DNA of 64,000 nucleotides from the human T2T-CHM13v2.0 reference genome, Homo sapiens: NCBI GenBank assembly GCA_009914755.4, contig CP086569.2, positions 21,632,001 to 21,696,000 of the forward strand, read 5' to 3'. Shown piece by piece: positions 29,340 to 44,623 of this stretch (position 1 is its first letter; each line of letters starts with the position of its first letter). The notes under the pieces were generated by a model. It saw only the letters and a program-made list of their open reading frames with translations, ran no database searches and was not told where the DNA came from. The position numbers and the translations under genes were made by a program.

Positions 29340-31100
29340 ATTTGTTCTCTATATTTTTACTTTAAAAAAATTTGTTTTAATGGACAACAACCTTGTATGT
29401 GTTGTGTACATATAACATGATGTTTTGAAGTACACATACATTGTGGACTCGTTAAATCTGGCTAATAAACAAATGCATTGCCTGACATTGTTACCATTTT
29501 TGTGGTGAGAACCCTTAACATTCAATCTCAGCATTTCTAAGCAATACAATATATTGTCATTAACTATAGTTGTAATGCTGAATAATAGATCTCTTGAACT
29601 GAGTCCTCCTGTCTAACTATAAATATATATTCTTTGACCAACATCTCCTCAACCCCACCTCCCCTAGCACCCCAGGCTCTGGTAACTACTATTATAATCC
29701 ACATTTATGAGATTGATGTTTCTGAATTCTATGTGAGTGGGATCATGCAAAATCCATCCTTCTGTGCTTGGTTTATTTCACTTAAAATGCCCTCCAGATT
29801 TATCCATATTTCATCACAGATGGCAGGGTTTCTCCATTTGTAAGGCTGAAGATGATTCCATTCTGTATATATACTGCATTTTCTCTATCTGTTCTTCCCG
29901 CAATGAACACTTAGGTTGCTTCCTAATATCTTGGATATTGTGAATGGTGCTGAAAGAATCATAGGAGTGCAGATATCAGGTTGATAATACTGATTTTCTT
30001 TTCTCCGAATATGTGCCTAACAATATTTCTGATCCTATGGTAGTTCTATTTGTAATTTGTGAAACAGCCTCCATACTGTTTTCCATAATGGCTGTGCTAA
30101 TTTACATTCTCATCAACAATGTGCATGGGTTTTGTTTTCTCCACATCCTCGTGAACACTTGTTAACTTTTGTCTCCTTGATCACAGCAATCGTAACAGGA
30201 GTGAAGTGACACCTCATTGTGGTTTTGATTTGTATTTCTCTGATAGCTAATGATATTGAGTATTTTCATATAGCTGTTGACCATTCCTGGGTCTTTTGAG
30301 AAATGTCTATTCTGGTTCTTTGTCCATTTGTTATTGAGTTAGTTGTTTCCTTTCTGTTGAGTTGTTTGAGTTCCTCATATGTTAGATATTAACTTCTTAT
30401 TCATATGGTGTGCAGATACTTTCTCTTACCCTGTAAGTTTCTCTTCACTCTTTATACTGGTTTTTGTTTTGTTTGTTTTGTTTTTGCTGCACAGAAGCTT
30501 TTTTTGTTTGATGTAATCCCATTTCTCTGTTTTTGTTTCGGTTGCCTGTGACATCATATGAAACAAGTCATTGCCCAGACCAATGTCCTGGAACATTTCC
30601 CCTGTGTTTCGTTATACTTAATAGTAGTTGTGGAAATATCGGGTCTTACACTGAAGTTCCTAATGTATTTTGGTTGGTTTTGTGTGTTGTGAGAAAGCCT
30701 AAGTTCATTCTTCTGCATGTCAATATCTAGTTTTCCTAACACTAATCATTGAAGAGACTGTCTTTTACGCATTGTGGGCTGTTGGCACCTTTGTCAAAAA
30801 TTAGTATGGTTTTTTTTTTGGGACTTTATTCTGTTTCATATGTCAATTCTTTTTTTTTTTTTTTTTAAGTAATGCTGTTCTGGTTACTGTAGCTTTGTAG
30901 TGTATGTTGAAGTCAGGTAATTTGATAACTCCACGTTTGTTTTTTGGCTCAAGATTGACTTGCCAATTCAGGATTGTTTTGTGGTTCCAGATGAATTTTA
31001 GGATTTTTTTTCTCTTCTGTTTTGCCAGACACTTTTTTTTTTGTTTTAATATAGATGGGGATTGCACTGAAATAAATAGCTCTGAGTAGTATTGAAAATT
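29340..31100 (-). mobile_element. old L1 (L1PB/L1MA-like) 3' portion, antisense
   Basis: Antisense ORF2 C-terminal text (cacctcattgtggttttgatttgtatttctctgatag) and antisense older-type L1 3' UTR between 29340 and 29700. Confidence 0.6.
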
Positions 31101-31215
31101 AACCATATTGATTCTTCTAATCCATGAACAGGCAACAACTTTTTCTTCAGTTTCTGTTATCAGTGTCTTATAGTTTTCAGTATACAGATGATTTCATTTC
31201 CTTGGTGAAACATAC

Positions 31216-31518
31216 TTTTTTTTTTTTTTTTTTTTTTTGAGATGGAGTCTTGCTGCAGCATCCAGGCTGAAGTGTAATGGCATGATCTCAGCTCACTGCA
31301 ACCCTGCCTCCTGGGTTCAAGTGATTCTCCTGCCTCAGCATCCTGAGTAGCTGAGATTACAGGCATGGGCCATCATGCCCAGCTAATTTTTATATTTTCA
31401 GTAGAAACGGGTTTCACCATGTTGGCCAGGCTGGTCTCAAACTCCTGACCTCAAATTATCTACCTGCCTTGGCCGCCCACAGTGCTGGGATTACAGGTGT
31501 GAGCCACCATGCCCAGCC
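31216..31518 (-). mobile_element. AluS-like (antisense) flanked by taaacatact
   Basis: 23-nt poly-T, body with ctgggttcaagtgattctcctg; flanks gaaacatact / agttaaacatact. Confidence 0.85.
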
Positions 31519-31530
31519 AGTTAAACATAC

Positions 31531-31830
31531 TTTTTTTTTTTTTTTTTTTTTGACATGGAGTCTCACCCTGTCGCCCAGGCTGGAGTGCATTGGTGTGATT
31601 TCTGCTCACTGCAAGCTCTGCTTCCTGGGTTCATGCCATTCTCCTGCCTCAGCCTCCTGAGTAGCTGGGACTATAGGCGCCCATTATGATGCATGAGTAA
31701 TTTTTTTGTATTTTTAGTAGAGACTGGGTTTCACTGTGTTAGCCAGGATGGTCTTGATCTGACTTCGTGATCCACCAGCCTCAGCCTCCCAAAGTGCTGG
31801 TATTTCAGGTGCAAGCCACTGCACCCAGCC
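31531..31830 (-). mobile_element. AluY-like (antisense) immediately adjacent, flanked by taaacatact / taaacgtact
   Basis: 21-nt poly-T, body with gggttcatgccattctcctg (AluY-type), ends gcaagccactgcacccagcc then taaacgtact. Confidence 0.85.
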
Positions 31831-31974
31831 TAAACGTACTCTGAAGTATTTAACTTTCTTGTAGGTATTGTAAATGGGCTTTTTTTTTTGTGATTGCTTT
31901 TTCAGATAAATCTCTTTCTGTATAGAAATGCTGTTTTTTTAATGTTGACTTTATTATTTCTCTCTCTCTTTCTT

Positions 31975-32256
31975 GTCTTTTATTTTTTCTTTCTTTTGAG
32001 ATGGAGTCTTGCTCTGTTGCCCAGGCTGGAGTGTAGTGGCATGAGCTTGGCTCATTGCAACCTCTGCTGCCTCTGAGGAGGTTCAAGAGATTCTTCCACC
32101 TCAATCCCAAGTAGCTGGGACTATAGGAGCTTACCACCCTAATATTTTGTATTTTTAGTAAAGACGGGGTTTTACCATATTGGCCAGGCTGCTCTTGCAC
32201 TTCCTACCTCCAGTGATCCACCTGCCTTACTCTCCCAAAGTGCTGGCATTATAGGT
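31975..32256 (-). mobile_element. Alu (antisense), 5'-truncated
   Basis: T-rich tail tcttttattttttctttcttttgag then gagatggagtcttgctctgttgcccaggctggagtgtagtggc ... Confidence 0.8.
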
Positions 32257-32257
32257 T

Positions 32258-32872
<615 letters not shown>

Positions 32873-33015
32873 ACCTTTGAATTCTTTTATTAGTTCTGGT
32901 TTTGATGAATTCTTTAGGTTTTTCTGTGTGTAAAATTATGTTGTCTACAAACGAAGATAATTTCACTTCTTCATTTCCAGCTTGGAAGTATTTTATTTTT
33001 TGTCTTGCCTCATTG

Positions 33016-33135
33016 TGAAGCGGGATTTAAGGAACCAGAGAGACCAGATGGAGTGCAAGAAAGTGTTTGTTTTAAGGTGTACACCAGCCTAGCAGACATT
33101 TGTCCTAAAGGTGAGCCCAGAACAAAGAAAACGAG
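33016..33135 (-). repeat. truncated 3' LTR remnant of the gamma-like ERV (homologous to 42283-42397), preceded by purine tract AAAAGGGA (33136-33145, minus strand)
   Basis: direct sequence comparison of the two blocks; homology stops at 33016 whereas the 5' copy continues ~490 bp. Confidence 0.6.
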
Positions 33136-33498
33136 TCCCTTTTAAGCATTTTGAGGCAGGTACTACATGAAGCAGGCTTACAGAAGCAAGAACAAAAGGC
33201 TGCTGTGACACTTTTGTAACATGTCTTACATCTCTTTGAGAACTTGGTTTGCAGCTTATGCTTATGTCTTGGGACTTTGCAGCTGTGCAGGGAAGAAAGA
33301 AGTAGGAGTTTATAAAGCCAACAAAATATGTGGAGGATAGACATGGTTAATGGTTCTTGGAACAGACAGTTAATATTCTCTTCTGACTTTAATTTCGGGG
33401 GGCTACTTACATTCTTCTTAGCTTTGGTTAATACAGAAATTCATTCTATGAACTGTTGTTATTTTTCTAACTATTATTATAATTTTTACTATTATGAC

Positions 33499-33913
33499 TT
33501 ATGTTATTATTCTGTTATTTTCACAATTTCCCCCTTCATCCCCACTTTGGTGCTCTGTATTAATGTTGGTTAATAGAGCACTACAATTGTTTATTTCTTC
33601 TTGGGCTGATACATATTCTTCTTGGGGCAAAACCTGATACTTAGTCAATGCCATTTTTCGGGCAATAGTGTGTCTGGCCATGATTGCCTCTATAGTTGAC
33701 TGAACAATTCTGATGAAAAGAGGTAAGAGACAAGGAAGAATTAGGCAGAAATAGTAACAACATTAGTGTGTATAATAGAAACATGATTACACTACACATG
33801 GGCATGGGAGGCTTTCTCCTGGACAAAGGGATTGGCAACATTTGTAGTAACAGCATAATAACAAGATAATTAATACTGATAAAATCACAACTAGACTTAT
33901 GAATTTTATCCAT
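33499..33913 (-). pseudogene. env transmembrane C-terminal remnant (most of env SU deleted)
   Basis: ORFs 33641-33913 and 33499-33681 (minus) with hydrophobic membrane-span-like stretch and ..ALTKYQVL.. tail, located between IN and 3' LTR. Confidence 0.45.
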
Positions 33914-34098
33914 GTCTACTTATCTATTGCTTATTCCTAAAGCTTCGGCTGTGGGTAGACCAGTCAGCTTTCAGTGTGTGACTTCAGCAGGGCTTGAAGA
34001 CTCCTTAAGCTTCAGTCGTGCATAGACTGACCAGCCTCCGGTGTGGTCAGAGCAGGGCAGTTCTTCTCAGCAGTGGCTTGGTTTTGCCACAAAATCAG

Positions 34099-35746
34099 TC
34101 ATGTTGGATGATCTGCGTCCTGCTGACTGGTCCACTGGTCCTGGGCAGCCAGCTTCAGTTGGCTGTGGCGAATCCAGGGTATGATAGCTGCAACTTCAAC
34201 AGCAGTGGGAGTAGACAAGATTACAGTGTGGGTCCCATCCCATGTGGGCCGTAAGGTGGTTGGGTTCCATTTGTTAACCCAAACAAAAACTCCAGGTATA
34301 AAAGGGTGGACTGGGTCTGTCAGGCTAATAGGCATCTTTTCTTGAACCCAGTCATGGACCTTCTGCATAGCTTGCCCTAAGGCCTGCATTTGCCTTCTTA
34401 AAGTTAGTTCTCCTAGTTCCCAGAGATCACCTATAATCTGATTTATAATTGGGGGTGGTTAGAGAACACAATCTCATAGGGTGAATACCCAGTTAATTTG
34501 GTAGGGGTATACCTGACTCAGAGAAGGACCATGAGCAAGACCTGATACCACCTAAGATGAGTTTCTTGACAAAATTTCTTCAGCAGCTGCTTCAATGTCT
34601 GGTTAATCCATTCTGCCTTCCCTGAGCTCTGTGGGTGGTAGGCTGTGTGTAATTTCCACTTTATTTTTGCAGCTGAGTTAGTTGCTGTACAACTTCAGCC
34701 ACAAATGCCAGGCCATTGTCTGATCCTAAGGACAGAGGCAGTCCAAATGTAGGAATAATGTCCTTTAGCAATACTCTGGTTACTTCTAGGGCTTTCTGTG
34801 TCCTAGTGGGGAATGCTTCAACCCATCCTGAGAAATTGCAAACAAACATCAGGCACTGTTAGCCCCTGCTCGGGCAGTTTGGTGAAGTCCACAAGCAAAT
34901 TCTCACAAGGTGTCGCTCCTATCTCTTGAATTCCTGGGGGCCGAGTTGGCCCTTGCCTTGGATTGTTCAGAGCACAAGTCATGCATTGCCACAAACAGCT
35001 TAAGTGATAGCAATAAGGTGTGGGACATAAAAGTTCTGTACTACAAGAGTCTCTAAAGCAGTTTTTCCCATGTGCGATCCTTGATGAAACTTTTACAAAT
35101 CAGGGGGCTATTGTTTCTGGGATAGCTAGCCTTCCATCTGAGAACTTCCACCAGCCTCCTATGTAACTTCCGCTCTCTTGTTCAAACCAAGTTCTCTCAT
35201 TTGGAGAGTAGTGTGGGGTTTCAGTTAAGGAAGGCTCTAGTAGAAGTGGCAGGGTTGGGGTCTACTTTTTAGTACCTAGGTTGGACATAGCTGCTTGCTT
35301 GGCTTCTCTCTCTGCCTTTCTATTTCCTTGTGCCTCTATGCCACCACCTGTCTGGTGTCCTTTACAGTGAATGACTGCCATCCTGTCTGGAGCCCACATA
35401 GCATGTAAGAGCTGTAAAATTTCCTCTTTATTTTTAATTTCTTTCCCTCCAGCAGTTAAAAGTCATCTTTCCTTGTAAATAGCCTCGTGGGCATGCAATA
35501 TGGCAGAAGCATACTTTGAGTCAGTGTAAATGTGGACTGTTTTTCCTTTGGCCACCAGCAGGGCTCTAGTTAGAGCTATAAATTCTGCTTTGTGTGCTGA
35601 GTGAGGTCCCAGCAGGGAGGGCCTGTGCCTCAGCTACTGAACTTAAGAGTCTCCACTCCTTGCCCGGCTTGGTGGATCCCCTCTGATGTGAAACTGCTCC
35701 CATCTGTGAAATATTCAACATCTCGTACCTCAAAGGGCTGGTCTTT
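34099..35746 (-). pseudogene. ERV pol: RNase H C-terminus and integrase (frameshifted)
   Basis: ELIALTRALLVAKGKTVHIYTDSKYAF (RNase H), integrase core and C-terminal SH3-like segment on minus strand. Confidence 0.75.
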
Positions 35747-37833
<2,087 letters not shown>

Positions 37834-39450
37834 AAGGACTGGTCCTTTAAATCCTTCTGGCTCAAGAATATTTTGTCCACAACGTCTGCACAGTAGTGCT
37901 GGGGAAATTGGTCATGCAGCTTGGGCATTTCCATGGGCAAAAGAGTAGCCAGGTTTAGGATATTTACAGTTTCTAAATTTATATTTGGATTTTCAAATGA
38001 GAGCCCTTGGTATCTTAATATTCTTGGATTAGATAGCCAGTGATATCCTTTTTGACCCATTAGGAAAATTATGGTATGTGGCACCCGTATTATTAGCCTT
38101 TGGGCTAGAGTTAACTTGGTTGCATCCTCGGCTAGCGTGGCAGTGGTGGCCAATGCCTTCAAAGAGGGGGGCCATCTGAAGGCCATAAAATCTAGTCATT
38201 TTGACAAGTAAGCCACTGGTCGATTCCACAACTCTACCATTTGAAATAAAACTCCTGTGGCCATTCCCTTTCTCTGATGGATGTAGAGAAAGAATGGCTT
38301 TATCAGGTGAGGCAGTCCTAAGGCTGGAGCCTGGATTAAAGCTTTCTTGATGTTGTTGAAAGCTTTTTCCTGTTCAACTCCCCACAGAAGAGGTTCTTTT
38401 TCTCCCCACTTGGTGGCTTAATACAGTGGTTTTGCCATAAGTGAAAAGTTTGGTATCTAAATGTGGCACAACACAGCTACCCCTAAGAATTCTCTGATCT
38501 GCTGACATGTTACAAGTGATGGAAGAGCACAAACAGCCTGTTTTCACTCACTGCCCATTTCACATTGCCCTTGAGTTACTAGAAACCTAGATATCTTGCT
38601 CCTTGTTCACAAATCTGGGCCTTCTTCTGGGACACCTTATAATTTGCTTTACATAGTAGATGCAGGAGGCCCTCAATGCCCTGGTAGCAATCTTCCTTAG
38701 TTGGGGCTGCAAACAAAAGATCATCTATGTGCTGCAACAGGACACATTTGTCATTTGGCGAGACAAAATCCTTGAGATCAGACACTAATGCCTCCTCAAA
38801 GATAGGAGGGGAGTTTTTGAACTCTTGTGGAAGTCGCCTCCAAGTATACTGTGTTTCTCCCCCATCTGAATGCAAAAATAGATTGGCTTACTGGAGTTAG
38901 CTTGAGGCAAAAGAAAGCATCCTTTAAGTCTAAACAAGTAAACCAAGCAGCATGAGCAGGTATCTGACTCATCATTGTATATCAGTTGGGTACCATGGCA
39001 TGCAAAGTAACAGTGACTTTATTTATGGCCCATAGGTCTTGCACATGTCTAAATTCACCAGATGGTTTCTGCACCAGTAAGAGAGGTGTGTTCTCTTACT
39101 GGTTGACCTACAGAGTGACTTACATTTTCTTATAATTCCATGTTCTAACAGCTGGCTCATGTGTTTGTTCATACCTCATACTGCCTCTATGGACACCTGG
39201 TACTGTGGATCACACACTGGTGACACACCTGGATTCAGCTCTACTACCACTGATGCTTGGGGTATAGCTAGTGCTGGTGGATTGTCTTCTGCCACACTTC
39301 AGGTATCTTCAGAACAAGCCTGTCCATTAGTCTGCCCATAAACTTGGACAGTTGATATGCTGCTTTCATGTATAGCCTGCATTCCTCAGTTTTTGGCAAG
39401 GTAAGGGTTAATGCCATGGCTTTCAGACGACTCAGATCTAGAGTCATGTT
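37834..39450 (-). pseudogene. ERV pol: reverse transcriptase and connection domain
   Basis: Minus ORF 38579-38875 YTWRRLPQEFKNSPPIFEEALVSDL...LLQHIDDLLFAA; minus ORF 37758-38186 AFRWPPSLKALATTATLAEDATKLTLAQRLIIRVPH...WLSNPRILRYQ matches MLV RT connection region. Confidence 0.8.
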
Positions 39451-39453
39451 TCC

Positions 39454-39738
39454 TTATGACCTGAAAGAACTTTGAGCTTGGAGTTTCTGAAGTATGTCCC
39501 TCCCTAACAGAGGCACCGGACAGTTTGGCAGATATAGAAATTCATGCCAGACCTCCTGACCTCCAATAACACACCTTCTGGACTGAAAGAAAGGCCTTTT
39601 TTCTGACACTCTGGTTGCCCCAACTATAGTAGCATAGTTTTTAGATAGTGGCCCCACTGGCCATGTCATCACTGAGTGCTCAGCACCAGTATCTACCATA
39701 AAGTCCATCTGTTGGTCCCCTACCTCCATAGAGACCAA
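39454..39738 (-). pseudogene. ERV protease
   Basis: FMVDTGAEHSVM ... PLLGRDILQKL aspartic protease motifs. Confidence 0.8.
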
Positions 39739-40428
39739 GGGCTCCCGGAGGCCCAGAGAGATCGAGCTTGGTCTGTCTCAGTCCTCATATTCTTCAATTC
39801 CTGCCAAGCCGACCAAGTCAGCTTCTTGCTTCAAAATGCAATGGCTAGCAGCTGCTGGCCTTTGCCATGTCTCAGGTCCTTGGCTGTTGCCTCCATCCTT
39901 TTCTGTTTCTGTACATTCATCCTTCTAATTCCCTTTTCTGTTTGCATCTCACACACTGATCCCTCTCAAGCCTAGCCAGCCCTCTTGCCCTGGCCTAGCT
40001 TGTCCTCTTCCACAACCATGTCCACAACCATTTCTACATCCACATCCTTTCACAAATCCAGTCTCTCTTTCTACCATGGCAGCAGCCAACAAATCAGCCT
40101 TTTTCTTAGCTTTGGCATTGCCTGTTCCTTGGTTTCCTCCTCTCAATTAACAAACACCATGGTAGCCACTTGAATAAGCTGGGTGATATTCATACCTTCA
40201 AACCCTTCCAACTTCTGAAGCTTTCATCTGATACCACCTTGTGCCTGGCCCACAAATGCCCTGTTAATCATGCACTGGTTCCCTACAGCCTCTAGGTCAA
40301 ATGGAGTGTGAAGGCAGTATGCTTCACAGAGCCTTTCATAAAATTTACTATGACTGTCATCAGCCTTCTGGTGAACCTCTGAGACCTTTCCCATATTCAT
40401 TGTCTTTTTTCCTCCTGCCTTTATTCCG

Positions 40429-41400
40429 TTAAGGAGTGCCTTTCAATACCATTGCAGGTTTTGTAACCCTTCTGCCTGGTTTTGTCTCCGGTGCATACTG
40501 CTTGACATTGTTTGTGCCTTCTGGTTCATTGCTTTCTAACAACTGGAGGGCCACTTGTGCCACTCTACGACATTCCTCCATATTGAATAATGCTAAAAGA
40601 AGTTGTTGACAATCAGGCCAGGTAGGGTTATGAGTCAGAAAGATGGACCACATCAAGTCTGTAAGGGCCTGGGGCTTCTCCGTATAGGAGGGTGTATTCT
40701 GTTTCCAGTTTAGGTCAGTGGTGGAGAAAGGCTAGTAAACAAAAAGACCCTGCCCTCCTCGGATTTGACCTTGTTCATCATGATAAATATAACCTTGTGT
40801 CTCCCCGAGAGGCATCTGCAAAGCTTGGATGCAGCCTGATCTCATTATCCTGAGGTTCTTCCTTAGTCTTTACAGACAGGGGCTCTAACTCTTCCCTGCC
40901 AGGTGAAACCTTAAATCACTCTCCTCTGAGCTTTATTCCTCTAGGACCACTTGTTTGGCATCCTGCCTTAGCCTTGCCAGAGATGGATATATTGGGACAT
41001 AGAGAGGTGGAATTTTCCTCTCCTCAGGTCGGGCTTGCAAAACAGGCTTTTTCTGTTCTCCTCGTGGCTTTTTCTTTTTTTCTACAGTCTCTTTGGACAC
41101 TTTTACTGTGTGTAATTTGGCACAGGTTACCAAGGTATTACAGTAGTTTTCAAAACAGACTTGCAGATACTTGGGGCGATTTTCAATGACCCTCAGCCAG
41201 GAGTCAACGTATGGGAACTGATCGGGGTGCCCAGATTGTTCTCCGGTTCCAGTTACTACCCTAAACACACGGCCAATTATCTCCCTATCTATTGTTCCTT
41301 CAGTCGGCCACCTGACATTAAAAAAAGGCCAATCCATTTCACAGAGAGTTCTCAATCTCTGAGAGTCAATTTAACTTCATTAATCTCCATTAAAACCTTT
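40429..41400 (-). pseudogene. ERV gag (MA, p12-like with PPLY, CA)
   Basis: MA motif WPFFNVRWP...GHPDQFPYV and CA motif PTWPDCQQLL; PPLYVPIYP late-domain-like. Confidence 0.8.
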
Positions 41401-41776
41401 CTTGAAATTTTTCAACATATACTCCAATGCAGTAGCCTTCGAAGCATTTCCTTCCATCTCCAGCCTTGAGAGGCGCATTTGCTGTCACTTTCACTCCTGG
41501 ACTGACCAGACGGGGTCCTATTACGGGAAGTCTGGGGGTTGCTTAGCCAGGAGAATACCTTAATCCTGTCACAGCCAGCTGCAGCCGTGAAGCAGCTCCT
41601 ATTGGCTGTATGCAATGCCCTAGATCTGGCTCGTCCCACACTCGCTTTGGAACACACAGTCTGTGCTAAGAGATCTGTGTCTCCCCACGTCACATCCCGA
41701 GTTGGCCTCTGCTCAGACCGTCTCTTTCACATACTTTCACACACCTCCCCATTTCCCGTACTGGCCTTTAGTTAAA

Positions 41777-41793
41777 GCAGCGAGCCCCCGCCA
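41777..41793 (-). promoter_or_regulatory. primer-binding-site-like sequence TGGCGGGGGCTCGCTGC (degenerate, partial resemblance to a tRNA-Pro PBS)
   Basis: Reverse complement of gcagcgagcccccgcca; a second diverged copy lies at 41843-41862 within a ~68-bp tandem duplication. Confidence 0.4.
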
Positions 41794-41795
41794 CT

Positions 41796-42397
41796 TTCAG
41801 TTTCCTTGAATCTCCTCTGTTCTCTCTCTTTCTTTAGTTAAAGCTGCGAGCCCCTCTTGCCACTTTCATTTCCTTTTTCCGACCGACCTATAAGCCTCTC
41901 TCGCATTCGATGTCGGTTGGAGCATGAGTTTCATCTGAATCAAGGGGCCTCTCTTGTTGTCCCCAGTCCCTCTGGGTCGGACTAGTTGTCTCACCCTGGG
42001 AGGTGATCACGCTCCCTGGGGACGGGTCCTGCCTTAAGGCTCAGACCCTTACTGCAGTTCATATGTCTGCACAGAGCTCCTGACACTGTCCAGCAATCTC
42101 CTTTGCCGGTTCTGTTGCGCTGTCAGGAAGGGCACCAGGACAGAGGAGGACCAATTCCCTTATGGGCTGAAGTCCTCCCGTGGTGCCGAGGGGTTCAGGT
42201 CTCCCCTCTTCTGGGGCCTCAGTCCCACAGGCAAAGGATACAGAAATCTGCTGTCTCCAGTTCCCAGGTTTTGGTACCAGATGAAGTGGGATTTAAAGAA
42301 TCAGAGAGACCGGACAGAGTGCAGAAAAGTGCTTAAGGTGTACACCGGCCCAGCAGACATGTGTCCTAAAGACTGAGCCCAGACAAAGAAAATGAGT
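41796..42397 (-). repeat. 5' LTR of gamma-like ERV (approximate extent)
   Basis: Outer 115 bp homologous to 33016-33135; inner end abuts PBS-like sequence at 41777-41793. Confidence 0.55.
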
Positions 42398-42649
42398 TAA
42401 TTTTGGTCTTCTATATATAACTTCTTAAAATAGAAGTGTACATTTTTGAAATACATTTTGTTTTCTCATGTTTTGATTTAATGCCATAAATTTACCTGTC
42501 AGCACTGCTTTTACCTTCATCTGATCTGAAGTATTGTATTTTCATGTTTATCCAGCTCAGTGTATTGTTTTATTTTCCTTGACAATTTTTTTTAAATCCT
42601 CTCGTTATTAAAGGATTCTTGTTTGACCCAAGGATTATCTTCCCAGTGT

Positions 42650-43320
42650 ATGGAGATTCTCCTGTTTTTTTCTTTGTCTTACTGATTTCTACTTTAGTTG
42701 TATTGTGGTTGGGAAACACACTGGATTATTGTAAGTCTTTTATGTCTGTTGAGTTTTCTTTTATGGCACAGGAACCCTGAAAGCAATGTGTATTTGGCAT
42801 TGGGTGGAACGTTCCATTAATGTTGATTCAATTCTTTTGGTTGATGGTGTTGCTGAGTCCTCTTCTTTGTTGGTTTTCTTTCAAGTTGTTCTGTAAATTG
42901 AGAAAGGATGTTGTCCTTTCCAACTGTAATTGTAGATTTGTCTTTTTCTTTTATATTTTTAGGTTTTACTTCACATATTTTCAGTTCTGTTTCTTGCTGC
43001 ATGGACAGTACAGATTGTGGTTTCTTCTCGGTTACTAGTTTCATTTATCATTATATAATATCTTTTACATCATTGAAAATTTTCTTTTCTCTAGTCTACT
43101 TTATCTGGTGAATATGTCTATCCACTCCTGCTTTCTTCTAATGTCTGCATGATACATTTTTCTTTTTTACTTTTGAACTTTTCATCCTGTCTCTACTTTT
43201 ATGTGAAAGTGAGTTTCTTATAGATAGTATACGTGTGGGGCATGTTTTAAAATTCACACTGCTAATCTCCATATTTTTGTTGTATTTACACTATTTAGAA
43301 TAGTTTACTTTTTTTTGTTT
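42650..43320. mobile_element. old L1 fragment (antisense-like), low confidence
   Basis: AT-rich sequence resembling antisense L1 ORF2 text; not verified. Confidence 0.35.
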
Positions 43321-43372
43321 GTTTTTTTTGTTGTTGTTGTTGTTGTTTTTTTTTTTTTTTTTTTTTTTTTTT

Positions 43373-43667
43373 GAGACGGAGTCTCGCTCTGTCGCCCAGG
43401 CTGGAGTGCAGTGGCATGATCTTGGCTCACTGCAAACTCCACCTTCTGAGTTAAAATGATTTTCTTCCCTCAGCCTCCTGAGTAGCTGGGACTACAGGTG
43501 CATGCCACCACGCCTGGTGGTGCATTTTTTTTTTTTTTGTATTTTTAGTAGAGACAGAGTTTCACCGTGTTAGCCAGGATGGTCTCGATCTCCTGACCTC
43601 GTGATCCTCTCACCTCAGCCTCCCAGAGTGCTGGGATTACAGGCATGAGCGAACCATCGCACCCAGC
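43373..43667 (-). mobile_element. Alu (antisense) with long T/(TTG)n tail 43312-43372
   Basis: gagacggagtctcgctctgtcgcccaggctggagtgcagtggc ... gagcgaaccatcgcacccagcc. Confidence 0.85.
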
Positions 43668-44623
43668 CTACATTTAATGTTAATTTTTGATATGTTCATT
43701 AGCTCTTCATTTTCTGTTTGCTGGTTTTATTTTGTTTTCTTTTCTCTTGAGTTTTTTTTTTTTTTTTTTTTGTCCTTTATGTAGTTTATTTGAAGAGATT
43801 TGAGACATTCATTCTGATGTATTTATCATCTTTTTGAGTATACCTAAAGAGGTATAAAGATGTGTCTTTTTAAATTGTTTTTTGAGGTGTGAAATTCTGT
43901 AAACATAATTTGTCATAGTATACTGACATCTTTTTACCAGCTTCAGTGAAATATATAAACCTGTATACCTCCCATTATTCACTGTATTATTAGCTTTTTA
44001 TACTTGCCTTATATATTTTCTCTACATACATTTAAGATCACCTCAGACTGAGTTACATGATTTTTGTTACAGTTTTTAGTCCTAAAATTTCCCTTTGTTT
44101 ACTGAAACCTTTAATTTTTATGCTTTATACTTTTTCATTAGTTTTGAGCATGTTCATAATTCTTCATTTAATTATTTTTATGACAATTTAAAAATATTTC
44201 TCAGATAATCCTGATAGTATTGACATTTCTGTGTTGACATTTATCATGTTGTTTCATTGAGGTGGAGACGTTCCTATTTCTTGATTTTTATGAGTAATCT
44301 TTATTTGAAACTTGAATATTTGAGGGACTATTAGGAGACTCCAGACCTTATTACAACCCTCATTTGTAGCTGGCTTTGTGTGATACCACCCTAACAGAGG
44401 AAAGGGGTGTGCATGTCAAGTAGGGGCAGAATTCCAAATTCCCTTCTTCAGTTCCTTTGACACACAAAGCAGGGTTTCCTGTTATTGATAAATGAATATG
44501 CAGGTTTCAGCTTCACCCAAGGCCTTACGTGCATCTCTCTGGCTAGGAGGGGAGGAGTGTCTTCTTACCACATGTAAGAGTTGGAAACCCTAGCTCTCTA
44601 CTCCACCTTCTCTGATTCTACTC

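Noticed and set aside
33140-33500. AT-rich low-complexity block (ttattattataatttttactattatgacttatgttattattctg) between the ERV env remnant and the truncated 3' LTR
   Set aside because: Simple-sequence expansion with no coding or structural signal. It only explains the unusual ~370-bp spacing between env stop and LTR.
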